Below, piece after piece: positions 1 through 8,672 of a DNA stretch of 64,000 nucleotides. Source of the DNA: Candidatus Dojkabacteria bacterium (GTDB lineage Bacteria > Patescibacteriota > Dojkabacteria > SC72); NCBI GenBank assembly GCA_050950165.1, contig JBMNHC010000001.1:529073-593072 (forward strand). The letters run 5' to 3'. Made by a program: the position numbers and the translations under genes. Below the pieces are notes generated by a model. It was not told the origin of the DNA and did no database searches. It was given only the letters and a program-made list of their open reading frames with translations. Position 1 is the stretch's first letter, and every line of letters starts with the position of its first letter.

Positions 1-75
1 TTCATTAAATATGGAATATTTATATGGGTGAAGCGATGTTTGCTTCAAAAAAAATAATACCTTGGAGGTAATAAA

Positions 76-777
76 ATGTCAGACGAAGTTACAGAAGAAG
101 TTGTTGAACCTGTCGCGGTTGAACCCGTTGCAGAGGAAGAAGATGCTCCGCGCCGCCCTGTGTGGCCGTGGATTGTCACGCTGATGGGGGTGATTATTAT
201 CATCCTTCTCGCAATTCTTGCTCGGAAGAACGCCGCACAAAGTGCCGGAACCATTTCTGATGTGGATACGACATCTCCTCAGGGAGAAGTCGCTTCTGTA
301 GTATCCTGGAAGGATGCTGTGGAATACCACGAAGGTGGCTCTGGTCCTGCGGATCCCGCTGGGCAGCTCGAAGGCGATATAACCACCGTGGATCATACCA
401 ATCGGTTGATTGTAAGCAATCAGGACCTTGATGTCCGAGGATGTTTTCCTCGGCTTAATGATGATGTGTGGAAGGCAGTCGTTGCCTGGGCAGATCAGTG
501 GGGTGATGACTCACCAACGCGTATTGAATGGCAGCTGAACGAATCCCGTTGCTCCTGGGTTTTCCCTGGGAACATCACCGACCGGATCTCCGAGTCTGAT
601 TACGAGGATCTCCTCGCGATTATGGCTGGTGCCGGATACGATGATACGTGGTTTGTTTCGGGTCCCGAGGGCGGGGAATTTGGTCGTATGACCTATGAGG
701 AGATGGTTTCCATCACCCCTCTGTTCTCTCGTGTCCATGTTTACGGACCTGCCCTCTCGGCTATGCCGACTAAGTAA
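76..777 (+). CDS. hypothetical membrane-anchored acidic protein; GC-rich ORF
   Basis: 233-aa ORF with good RBS (GGAGGT) 8 nt upstream; acidic N-terminus, one TM helix (WPWIVTLMGVIIIILLAILA) then soluble domain; GC content about 52% versus about 32% for the rest of the window. Confidence 0.5.
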   Translation: MSDEVTEEVVEPVAVEPVAEEEDAPRRPVWPWIVTLMGVIIIILLAILARKNAAQSAGTISDVDTTSPQGEVASVVSWKDAVEYHEGGSGPADPAGQLEGDITTVDHTNRLIVSNQDLDVRGCFPRLNDDVWKAVVAWADQWGDDSPTRIEWQLNESRCSWVFPGNITDRISESDYEDLLAIMAGAGYDDTWFVSGPEGGEFGRMTYEEMVSITPLFSRVHVYGPALSAMPTK

Positions 778-915
778 GCTTCACCCACCCCGGTTTGACG
801 GAGGCCTTTTGTATAATAAAAAACTCGTAAGAGTATAAATAAAAACAAGAGACCTCCGTTCGAACCCCCTAGATAAAAACACTTCAAAAATAATAAAAAA
901 TATATATAATGAGAT

Positions 916-3741
916 ATGAACATCTCATTTTTTTTGTTTAAAAATCGAAAGAAACTAATTATATATCTAATAGGTCTAACATTAATACTCTTTCTTGTAT
1001 ATTGGTTTATACTTAGATACCCAGGCTATATATACTATTGGGATTTAAGTGGAGCTTTTGATTTCAGAGACCCATTTAGCCAATACTTCAACATATACAC
1101 CCCTTGGGATGGTAACAATATTGGAGTAAGAAATAGGTTACCTATTGTATTTACTTTATATTTATTACTCAAACCATTACTACTTGTTGGAGTAAGTAAT
1201 GAGATAGTGATTAAGGTAGCTACTACACTACTGTTTGTAGGAGGATATACTGTGATGTATTTTCTAGCTCCTAAGTTTGTAAAGATATTTGCTAAAACAG
1301 AAGTAGAAAGACAATCAGGAATATATATATGGGCATTATTAATAGCACTACTCTACTCCTTTATACCTTTTTATGTGTATAGAGTATCTCAATTACATCT
1401 ATTTTATATGAGTGTATTCTATCCTTTACATATATATCTTTTTATTAAACTATTTGAATCTAAGAAGTTTAATCCAAGATATATTGTTTTTTTTGTAATA
1501 TCTATGTTCTTTGGATTAACTACTCCTAATATAATTGTGTTTGAACTATTTACTTTCATTGTATTAGGAATAGTACTTCTGATATCTAGAATAAAAGATA
1601 AGGAAGGTATTAAAGTAGTTATTACTAATTTTCTTCTTGCAGGAGTATTTGTATTTGTTACAAATATATATTGGATATTCCCCTATTTTATTCAAGGTTC
1701 TCCTCAACCAGGGTATGTTATTAATTCAACAATGATAGATTTGTTGTCTCAGGGAATTACATTTAAGAATTTCTTACTTGGACAGTCTGAATGGTTTGTT
1801 AATCAAGGAGATTTAGGTATTTTGGAAACCAAAGATGATGCAATACACCTACTTCAAATATTTGGTATTTCTATCTTTTATACTGTTTCCTTAATAGCTT
1901 TAGTTAGATATATTAAAAAGAGATATATAGTACCAATTGTCATATTTCTTTTAATATCTCCTCTACTCATATTTAATTTACTACCGTTTCAGAAGGAGCT
2001 ACAAGAAGCTCTGGTATACTCTCCTTTGGGATGGATATTTAGAGAGGTAAATAGGGTATCTTTTTTCTGGGCGTTCTGGACATTTATTCTCTTTTTAGTA
2101 GGTACATACTCTTTGTATGAAAGTATCCTGTTAGATGGGAGATTGAATAGGATATTGAAGATTATTGTATTTCCAGCAATATTTATTCCTTTCATTATCT
2201 TCCTTCTACCAGTAAATATTAAGTTCTTTCAATACCTCAAACCGATTGAAATACCAAATGAAGTCAATGAGATTTTTAAAGTACTTGAAGAAGATGAAGA
2301 GTATTTTAGTGTTCTATACTATCCCAATGTAGACTCATACTCTATACCTTGGATGAAGGATAAGTTCCCTATTGCTGATGCTGAAGAGTATAAATTACTA
2401 GCGTACAATTCTCCAAAGCCTCCTGTTGGAATTAGTAGTGTCATACCAAACGCTAAGACATATCAAGAACTTCTAACGGAGTATTTAATACAAAATAGGG
2501 AGATATTTCCCAATTTATCTCACCTTCTATCAGGTATAGGTGTTAAATATATTGTAGTGAATAAAACAGCAGAACCAATTAATATAAATGTTGATTATGT
2601 TAGAGCAGAGGTAGTATATCCTGTCTATCTATACCTACAAAACAGTGAAGAGTTTGAAGAGGTCTTAGTTAACAATTACTATGTTCTTTTCAAAAATAAT
2701 GATTTTAGGGGAGTTATTTCTAATGGAAACAACGATATATATACAACTGCATCATTTAATATTTTAGAGCATATTCATCCTGATATTGTAAAAAAATATA
2801 ATGTTAAATTTTGTGGATTTAAAGAAAATTACAGAGAGTGTTTTGAGAAGGGAAGATTTAAGAAAACTTTCTTTAAGTACGAAAAAGATACTTACTTCTA
2901 TTTAGATTTCCTTACAAAAGAAGAGAAAGAGAAATATGGAGTATATGTATATGATTATACTTCTGAACATAGAGTAGGATTAGATTGGGGAAGGGCATCA
3001 TATTACGATAAGGTAAATGGAGAACTTCATAATATTTTTAGAAGGTACGGTATTAGTGGGTGGGACTTCGAAATTACAGATAAGGTTGTTTATTCAGACT
3101 TACCCTTTATTAAAAAAGATGAAGGATATAAATCATCTATATCTTTAAAAAATGAAATAGAGTGTGTGGGAGAGTGTGAAGTGTATGCATACATACTCTA
3201 TAACCATATTGGTGGAGAGTTAGAAATAGAGGTTGGAGATAATAGGTATGAGATAGATACCCAAAGTGATTTTGAGGTATACAGATGGACAAAGTTAGGA
3301 GATATTGATATTGGAAATCCTGAGTTGGATTTTAGTATAGAGAATAGTAATGGATTTGCTAGTATTGGAGGAATTCTGATTCTTCCTAAATCTTTAATGA
3401 CAAAACTTGATGAGAGAATATCTGAGATATCATTTTTAGATGTAGCTGAGGACTCAGTAATTCCTATGGGAGATATTAATATCTCTCCAGATAGTTGTAA
3501 TTTTACAGATATACAGTACAGACATAATAGAATTACTGCTTTTACAGATTGCGAAGATACTAGAAATATATATCTAAGCAATTACTATTATGACTATATA
3601 GTAGATAGAAAAGATGATAGGGTTGAGATAGTACTTAATAACTATAAAAATGTTTATTTAATGTTTTTATTCTTTAGCTCAGCAGTACTTCCTATCTTAG
3701 TAGTAACACTTCTAACTTTGTCTAAAAAGAGGCGTGTCTGA
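916..3741 (+). CDS. large polytopic membrane protein (N-terminal about 470 aa with many TM helices, C-terminal about 470 aa soluble domain plus C-terminal TM); possible GT-C-type glycosyltransferase/oligosaccharide transferase-like
   Basis: 941-aa ORF; hydrophobic-segment pattern typical of GT-C fold membrane enzymes; no PglB/AglB WWDYG motif found; adjacent to GT4 glycosyltransferase. Confidence 0.5.
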   Translation: MNISFFLFKNRKKLIIYLIGLTLILFLVYWFILRYPGYIYYWDLSGAFDFRDPFSQYFNIYTPWDGNNIGVRNRLPIVFTLYLLLKPLLLVGVSNEIVIKVATTLLFVGGYTVMYFLAPKFVKIFAKTEVERQSGIYIWALLIALLYSFIPFYVYRVSQLHLFYMSVFYPLHIYLFIKLFESKKFNPRYIVFFVISMFFGLTTPNIIVFELFTFIVLGIVLLISRIKDKEGIKVVITNFLLAGVFVFVTNIYWIFPYFIQGSPQPGYVINSTMIDLLSQGITFKNFLLGQSEWFVNQGDLGILETKDDAIHLLQIFGISIFYTVSLIALVRYIKKRYIVPIVIFLLISPLLIFNLLPFQKELQEALVYSPLGWIFREVNRVSFFWAFWTFILFLVGTYSLYESILLDGRLNRILKIIVFPAIFIPFIIFLLPVNIKFFQYLKPIEIPNEVNEIFKVLEEDEEYFSVLYYPNVDSYSIPWMKDKFPIADAEEYKLLAYNSPKPPVGISSVIPNAKTYQELLTEYLIQNREIFPNLSHLLSGIGVKYIVVNKTAEPININVDYVRAEVVYPVYLYLQNSEEFEEVLVNNYYVLFKNNDFRGVISNGNNDIYTTASFNILEHIHPDIVKKYNVKFCGFKENYRECFEKGRFKKTFFKYEKDTYFYLDFLTKEEKEKYGVYVYDYTSEHRVGLDWGRASYYDKVNGELHNIFRRYGISGWDFEITDKVVYSDLPFIKKDEGYKSSISLKNEIECVGECEVYAYILYNHIGGELEIEVGDNRYEIDTQSDFEVYRWTKLGDIDIGNPELDFSIENSNGFASIGGILILPKSLMTKLDERISEISFLDVAEDSVIPMGDINISPDSCNFTDIQYRHNRITAFTDCEDTRNIYLSNYYYDYIVDRKDDRVEIVLNNYKNVYLMFLFFSSAVLPILVVTLLTLSKKRRV

Positions 3742-4820
3742 TTACTCCATTCAAAGTTTGTTGCCCATTTAATACAGTTATTCTGCTTACTAACATATTC
3801 TTCACTATTTGTTTGAATTCCCTCTATAGCTTCTTTCCAAGTTTCTTTTAAAGAGTTTTGTATAAAGTAACCAGTTTTATCACTAACACTATCTATTAAT
3901 CCAGGAACAGGATAACAGATGGTTGGAGTTCCTTTAGCTGCTGCCTCTATTACAGTAATTCCCCACCCTTCTTTTCTTGAAAATTGAACATGTAAGTGAG
4001 CTTTATCAAGAAGATCTTCTTTCTCTTGCTCTGAAATATATCCAAGAAATTTAACATTTTCATCAAGACCTTTCTCTTTTACTAGAGCTTTTAATCTAGT
4101 CTCATCCTCTCCCTTACCTGCAATTTTAAGAATAATGTTGTTAATATTTAGTTGTTTTTTTGAATACTCAATCATTTCAATTGCCTCCTCTATATGCTTC
4201 GTAGCCTTAATTCTTCCAAGAGAAACGATAAGGATGGGATCATTTTTCTTTTCTACTCTGTTTAGAACTTTTACATCTATACCGTTATATATAATGGTAA
4301 GATTCTTCTCTTTAAAACCATTTGATATTAGATCTTTTTTAGAAGAGGGAGAAACAGTAACTATATTCTTTTCTCTTTTATAGATCAAAGTAGTCATTTT
4401 TGTAAAAATGAAAGAGGCAATACCTCCAAGAAAAGTTCCGTATGCAGAAATCCACTCAGGAGATTGTAGATGATGTATTACAGTTATGTTATTTCTGTTA
4501 TAAAGGGGAATATTGAACGGTACAGCATTAAAGTTCTCTATTAAAAGATTACTCTCTTTTTTAAGATTAAAGATGTAGTAGAGAGGAGCAAGGATATAGA
4601 GGGAGATAGAGTTTCCCATCCTGATATACTCTATACCATCTCTAATTTCTTCTTTTTTAGAACCTTTATACCTTGAGGTAAGATATTTAACTGTATATCC
4701 ATTGTCTCTTAGAGTTTCAACCATCTTTGTGATATATACTTCTGCTCCTCCTGCTTCTGGATGCCAGATATCTCTCCATGCCATTACTACAATATTTTTA
4801 TTCTCTTTCATAGATTTCAA
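3654..4820 (-). CDS. glycosyltransferase family 4 (GT-B, retaining)
   Basis: 388 aa; N-terminal WHPEAGGAE motif and C-terminal EGWGITVIEAAAKGTPTI (E-X7-E) motif characteristic of GT4; 3' end overlaps convergent gene 916..3741 by 88 nt. Confidence 0.85.
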   Translation of the reverse strand: MKSMKENKNIVVMAWRDIWHPEAGGAEVYITKMVETLRDNGYTVKYLTSRYKGSKKEEIRDGIEYIRMGNSISLYILAPLYYIFNLKKESNLLIENFNAVPFNIPLYNRNNITVIHHLQSPEWISAYGTFLGGIASFIFTKMTTLIYKREKNIVTVSPSSKKDLISNGFKEKNLTIIYNGIDVKVLNRVEKKNDPILIVSLGRIKATKHIEEAIEMIEYSKKQLNINNIILKIAGKGEDETRLKALVKEKGLDENVKFLGYISEQEKEDLLDKAHLHVQFSRKEGWGITVIEAAAKGTPTICYPVPGLIDSVSDKTGYFIQNSLKETWKEAIEGIQTNSEEYVSKQNNCIKWATNFEWSNQTRLFLDKVRSVTTKIGSTAELKNKNIK

Positions 4821-6390
4821 AATATTCGTTATAACTTATCTTTCTTAACCCCTCAATCAATGCCCTACTCTTTTGAATAGCAAAGTCATCGAGATTAATT
4901 TCTGCACTTCTGTCATAGATAACATATTCAATATCATCAGGGATAAGTCCACTGTTGAATATCTCTTCATACGTTGGTGCATATTCATATAGATTTGCAC
5001 CATCCACTATCTCCGAGTTATTAATATATGAGATGAAATCAGAACCGTAGTAGCCCCAGTTATACTCTCTCATGTATAGCTTTTGGGGACTTGGAAGAAT
5101 TAATATCTTTGAATCTCTTGGAATATTAAAATACTCTTGAGGAATATTGACTTCTGTTTTTGAAGAGATCAAATTACCACTTAATACAGGATATGAATAG
5201 AGGATAAGGCTAATTAGAATGATTGGAAGGATAATCTTGCGTAGTTTAGTAAGATGAGAGATTGTAATTGCGCAAAGAAGAGTTAAAGGTAATACATATA
5301 TTGGCCATAGCTTACTTGAGGGCCATCTTAAGGCTTCTTTGATAAACGGAATTTTTTCAATTACAGAAACACCAAATCTACTGGATAGGAAAAGGAAGAG
5401 TAAAAGGAAGGTAGTAAGTCCAATTACTTTTTTACTTTTCTTAACGGTAAGTGCTAGAAGAGATAGTACAAAAGGTATTACTCCAAGTAAAGTATAAAAT
5501 ATATTCTCTTTATATATTTCATAATATTCAAATATAGGGGAGTTTGCAGAGTCGTGTAGCTCCATCCATCCCGTTGAGAAATTTGCAACATTAAGTAAAG
5601 AGTTTGTCTTTTCTGAGGCAATAATGCCTGAAGATATTCTATCCATATATGGATGTTGTACTAAATCTCTAATGTAGTTAAAAATTTGAACTATAAATAG
5701 AGAACTATCCCTATTAATCAACATTGTAAACTGTATTAAGATTAACCAAAAAAGTACTAATCCAGTAGCCCAAATTAAAAGTCTCTTAATATGAGAGTTC
5801 TTTTTAGAGAGTACGAAAGCTATTAAAACAATTTGAGATGTAAATAGCAAAAAAGCAACAATATTAAGTGATGTTGTAAGAAAAAGAATCGATAGAACAG
5901 AGATAAATATATAATCTCTCAGTATTAGTTTCTCACTTGAAAGGAAATATATTAATAGAGGAACAGTACCGTATGATGCGATAAAGAGAAAATTTGGATT
6001 TGAGAATATCCAGATAGAAAATAGACCTGTTATTAATACTATTGAAGAGAGTATCGAAGCTATACTACTTCTGGTAATACGTTTGGTTAAAAGTGCTACC
6101 CCAATTGAACCAAGTAGGAAATTGAATGATAGGTATAGATTGGAAATGATCTCTGGTGTTAATTGAAGGACTTTTAATAGATAGAGGAAGAGGGCTTGAA
6201 AGAGAATACCTCCATAGATAATTGCTGAGGTCCCTTTTATCCTTCCTAATATATCAGAAATATTAAAATATGGACTAGCATTATCCAAACCTATTACTAA
6301 TTTACTAAAGTCGAAGTTTAGGATAATTATCAGAAGAGATATACCTGTAACAATGATTAGGTAATAATTTTTTCTTAGGAAAGGAATCAT
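4798..6390 (-). CDS. polytopic integral membrane protein (about 12 TM) with C-terminal soluble domain; probable glycan polymerase/GT-C-like partner of the GT4
   Basis: 530 aa, mostly hydrophobic helices; 23-nt overlap with downstream GT4 gene suggests operon. Confidence 0.55.
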   Translation of the reverse strand: MIPFLRKNYYLIIVTGISLLIIILNFDFSKLVIGLDNASPYFNISDILGRIKGTSAIIYGGILFQALFLYLLKVLQLTPEIISNLYLSFNFLLGSIGVALLTKRITRSSIASILSSIVLITGLFSIWIFSNPNFLFIASYGTVPLLIYFLSSEKLILRDYIFISVLSILFLTTSLNIVAFLLFTSQIVLIAFVLSKKNSHIKRLLIWATGLVLFWLILIQFTMLINRDSSLFIVQIFNYIRDLVQHPYMDRISSGIIASEKTNSLLNVANFSTGWMELHDSANSPIFEYYEIYKENIFYTLLGVIPFVLSLLALTVKKSKKVIGLTTFLLLFLFLSSRFGVSVIEKIPFIKEALRWPSSKLWPIYVLPLTLLCAITISHLTKLRKIILPIILISLILYSYPVLSGNLISSKTEVNIPQEYFNIPRDSKILILPSPQKLYMREYNWGYYGSDFISYINNSEIVDGANLYEYAPTYEEIFNSGLIPDDIEYVIYDRSAEINLDDFAIQKSRALIEGLRKISYNEYFEIYERE

Positions 6391-6425
6391 AGATAAATAT
6401 TAGCATATCTTCTAAATAATAAACA

Positions 6426-6452
6426 AAAGACCCTCTTGCGAGGGTCTTTATA
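6426..6452 (-). terminator. rho-independent terminator hairpin (AGACCCTC-TTGC-GAGGGTCT) with T-run on minus strand
   Basis: perfect 8-bp GC-rich stem, 4-nt loop, followed by TTTTGTTTA on the minus strand just downstream of the 6458..6694 gene. Confidence 0.5.
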
Positions 6453-6457
6453 TCAAA

Positions 6458-6694
6458 TTACTTAAGAACTTTCTTCTTTAAAAATTTAGACCCTGTAATT
6501 AAAAGTACTCCACCAATATATGATGCAATACCTAGAAATACTAAGATGTCTAAATCTTCTAATCCTGTTGGAACAGGCTTATGAGGTCCATATGGATCAT
6601 AAGGACTGCCGTCAGCAAATACATTTGCTACGTTAGAAGATAATATTGTTAAAGAGATTAAAGTGCTAAGTAATAAAGTTTTAATCTTTCTCAT
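6458..6694 (-). CDS. small secreted protein with C-terminal cell-wall sorting-signal architecture (mini sortase substrate)
   Basis: 78 aa: N-terminal signal peptide (ends VFA/DG), short Pro/Tyr-rich mature region, KPVPTG motif, then hydrophobic helix and KKKVLK basic tail (tripartite sorting signal); sits next to a sortase gene. Confidence 0.5.
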   Translation of the reverse strand: MRKIKTLLLSTLISLTILSSNVANVFADGSPYDPYGPHKPVPTGLEDLDILVFLGIASYIGGVLLITGSKFLKKKVLK

Positions 6695-6762
6695 AGATAA
6701 GTAAGATTAAAAATTATTTAATTACAGGATAATTATAACATAAATAGATATATAATGCAACA

Positions 6763-7410
6763 CTATAGGGCAGTACTTTCTATTAGATTAGCATATCTAA
6801 AAATACGAACAGGTGTATTAAAGAATTTACAGGTATAGAGTATTAAATCGGCATTATAATCCGTAATATATGTTCCCTCCCCTTCTGCATATATCATGTA
6901 TCGAAATTTTCTCTGTTCCCATATTATTTCAATAATATCTCCATTCTTTGTTTTTGGTAGATTATAAAAAGATATTACATTTCTTGTCTCTTTAGTCCAT
7001 GATTTATATCCAAATCTATGTGCAGCAAGTATAATTGGAGTTTTACCATTCATTGGAGAACCGAATTCTGGTACCATCCATGTACCATTCCTAAGTGCAC
7101 TGATGTAGTCTTGCTCTGCAGATATTGGTGAGTTAATCCCTATACTAGGTATTCTAATGTATGGCTTAGTTGGTAATGAAAGATCAACAGGAGGTAGTAT
7201 ATCTTCCTCTACTACTTCAGTATTAATATTTTCTGTTGAAAATTCTTCTGTTAATGTTTCAATCTCTTTTTCAGTTTCTTTTGGATTAATATTGTAAACA
7301 ATGTAGGGTACTGTTGGTATTAAAAATACCCCTATTGAAACAACAACTAAAAGTATTCCAATGAACATATATAGGTTTGAAAGGTTTAAAAGAAATTTCT
7401 CTTTTTTCAT
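6763..7410 (-). CDS. sortase family transpeptidase
   Basis: 215 aa; N-terminal TM anchor; conserved sortase His (ILAAHRFGY), TLxTC-type catalytic Cys (LILYTCKF) and downstream Arg (RIFRY). Confidence 0.7.
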   Translation of the reverse strand: MKKEKFLLNLSNLYMFIGILLVVVSIGVFLIPTVPYIVYNINPKETEKEIETLTEEFSTENINTEVVEEDILPPVDLSLPTKPYIRIPSIGINSPISAEQDYISALRNGTWMVPEFGSPMNGKTPIILAAHRFGYKSWTKETRNVISFYNLPKTKNGDIIEIIWEQRKFRYMIYAEGEGTYITDYNADLILYTCKFFNTPVRIFRYANLIESTAL

Positions 7411-8214
7411 TTAGTTTTTACTTCTAAGATAGTTCTCTAGTATCATACCACTATTTATCATCTCTAGTGCATTACCCTTTCCAATATATCTGTAGTGCCA
7501 GCTTTCATGTTTATATCCAGTAATATGCTCATACCCTTTTGGATATGAGATTACGAAACCATATTTATACGCATTACTTTTCAACCATTTACTAGCTTTA
7601 GTATTAGAAAATCTATCTCCTAATGCATCCCCTATTTCATTTGTACTAAAATCGATAGTTGTTCCTAATTGATGCTGACTATGTCCTGCTCTTGCAGAGA
7701 ATGTATCTACATATTCTACATTATTATTATTTTTCTTCAGCCAGTAGTTATATGTACTTAGCTGTGTTTGATACGACCTGTATCCACTAACTATACTAAG
7801 ATCTATACCATCTGCTTTCGCATCAGATATCATATTAGTAAGATCAGCTATTAAGATATTTCTTAGGTAGTAACTGCTTCCTCTTCTAATACCTGAGTTA
7901 CTTGCTTTAACTAAATCCGATGGAGCGTATGTACTAGGAAGTTTGTACTGTTTATTAACAAGTACTAGTAAATGGTTTCCATTTTTAGTAGTTTCATATA
8001 TTGTATCTGGATATCTCCACCAACCATTAGTTGGTGTACTTTCTACTTTCTTCTCCTGGACTTTTTTAATAGGGGTACTATCTTCAGGGTAAACTACAGT
8101 GAAGATTTTCTCAATGGTCTCTTCTTTATCTTCTCTCCACTGCTCATCTTCTATCTTTTGAGGAAGAGAGAGTAAGAGTATAACTATCAAAATTGTAGTA
8201 AATATCTTTATCAT
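7411..8214 (-). CDS. D-alanyl-D-alanine carboxypeptidase, VanY/peptidase M15B family
   Basis: 267 aa with N-terminal anchor; M15B motifs SGYRSYQTQ, AGHSQHQLGTTIDF and ESWHYRYIG (EPWHxRYxG). Confidence 0.8.
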   Translation of the reverse strand: MIKIFTTILIVILLLSLPQKIEDEQWREDKEETIEKIFTVVYPEDSTPIKKVQEKKVESTPTNGWWRYPDTIYETTKNGNHLLVLVNKQYKLPSTYAPSDLVKASNSGIRRGSSYYLRNILIADLTNMISDAKADGIDLSIVSGYRSYQTQLSTYNYWLKKNNNNVEYVDTFSARAGHSQHQLGTTIDFSTNEIGDALGDRFSNTKASKWLKSNAYKYGFVISYPKGYEHITGYKHESWHYRYIGKGNALEMINSGMILENYLRSKN

Positions 8215-8625
8215 GATACTTAGATAGAGTATACCAAATATGTGTATTACTTTGTGGAGTAGTTGGTGATGTATAGTGTCTTTTATACAAGGTATTTACT
8301 ATGTCTATATAGGTCAGGAAGTATAAATATGTATCTGATATATTCAATTAATAAATTAGTGAGGTATAAGTATGGAGGTAGAGGAGTTAACAAAAAAGCT
8401 TTATAACTATGAAAAAACTTTAAACAGTATCTTACTCAAGGTTAATAGGTTAGAGAATAGAAAGAAAAAGAAAAGAAAGATTGTAGAAACTAAAGAAGAG
8501 TGTGTTATATATCTTAGCTTTGCAGGGTTAAATAGTAGATTTCCTGGTAGTGATTAGATATTGCTTTGATATAATATTGTTAGATTAAGGGAAAAGATAA
8601 GTGGATATGTAAAAGGGACTAAATA

Positions 8626-8634
8626 TGATATAAT
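8626..8634 (+). promoter_or_regulatory. candidate extended -10 element (TGATATAAT) upstream of the repeat-protein gene; a second identical copy lies at 8567..8575
   Basis: TGnTATAAT consensus about 40 nt upstream of the ATG at 8673, in a 450-bp AT-rich intergenic region; no clear -35. Confidence 0.25.
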
Positions 8635-8672
8635 GGTATAAGTTATTAATATATAAACTGTCTTACTTAATA

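Noticed and set aside
790-870. Imperfect inverted repeat (CGGAGGCC ... GACCTCCG) after the GC-rich ORF, a possible terminator or insertion boundary
   Set aside because: The arms are 44 nt apart and imperfect, with no following T-run. The evidence is too weak to call a terminator or terminal inverted repeat.
7972-8175. 67-aa plus-strand ORF
   Set aside because: It is antisense within the VanY-family gene and has hydrophobic low-complexity sequence; spurious.
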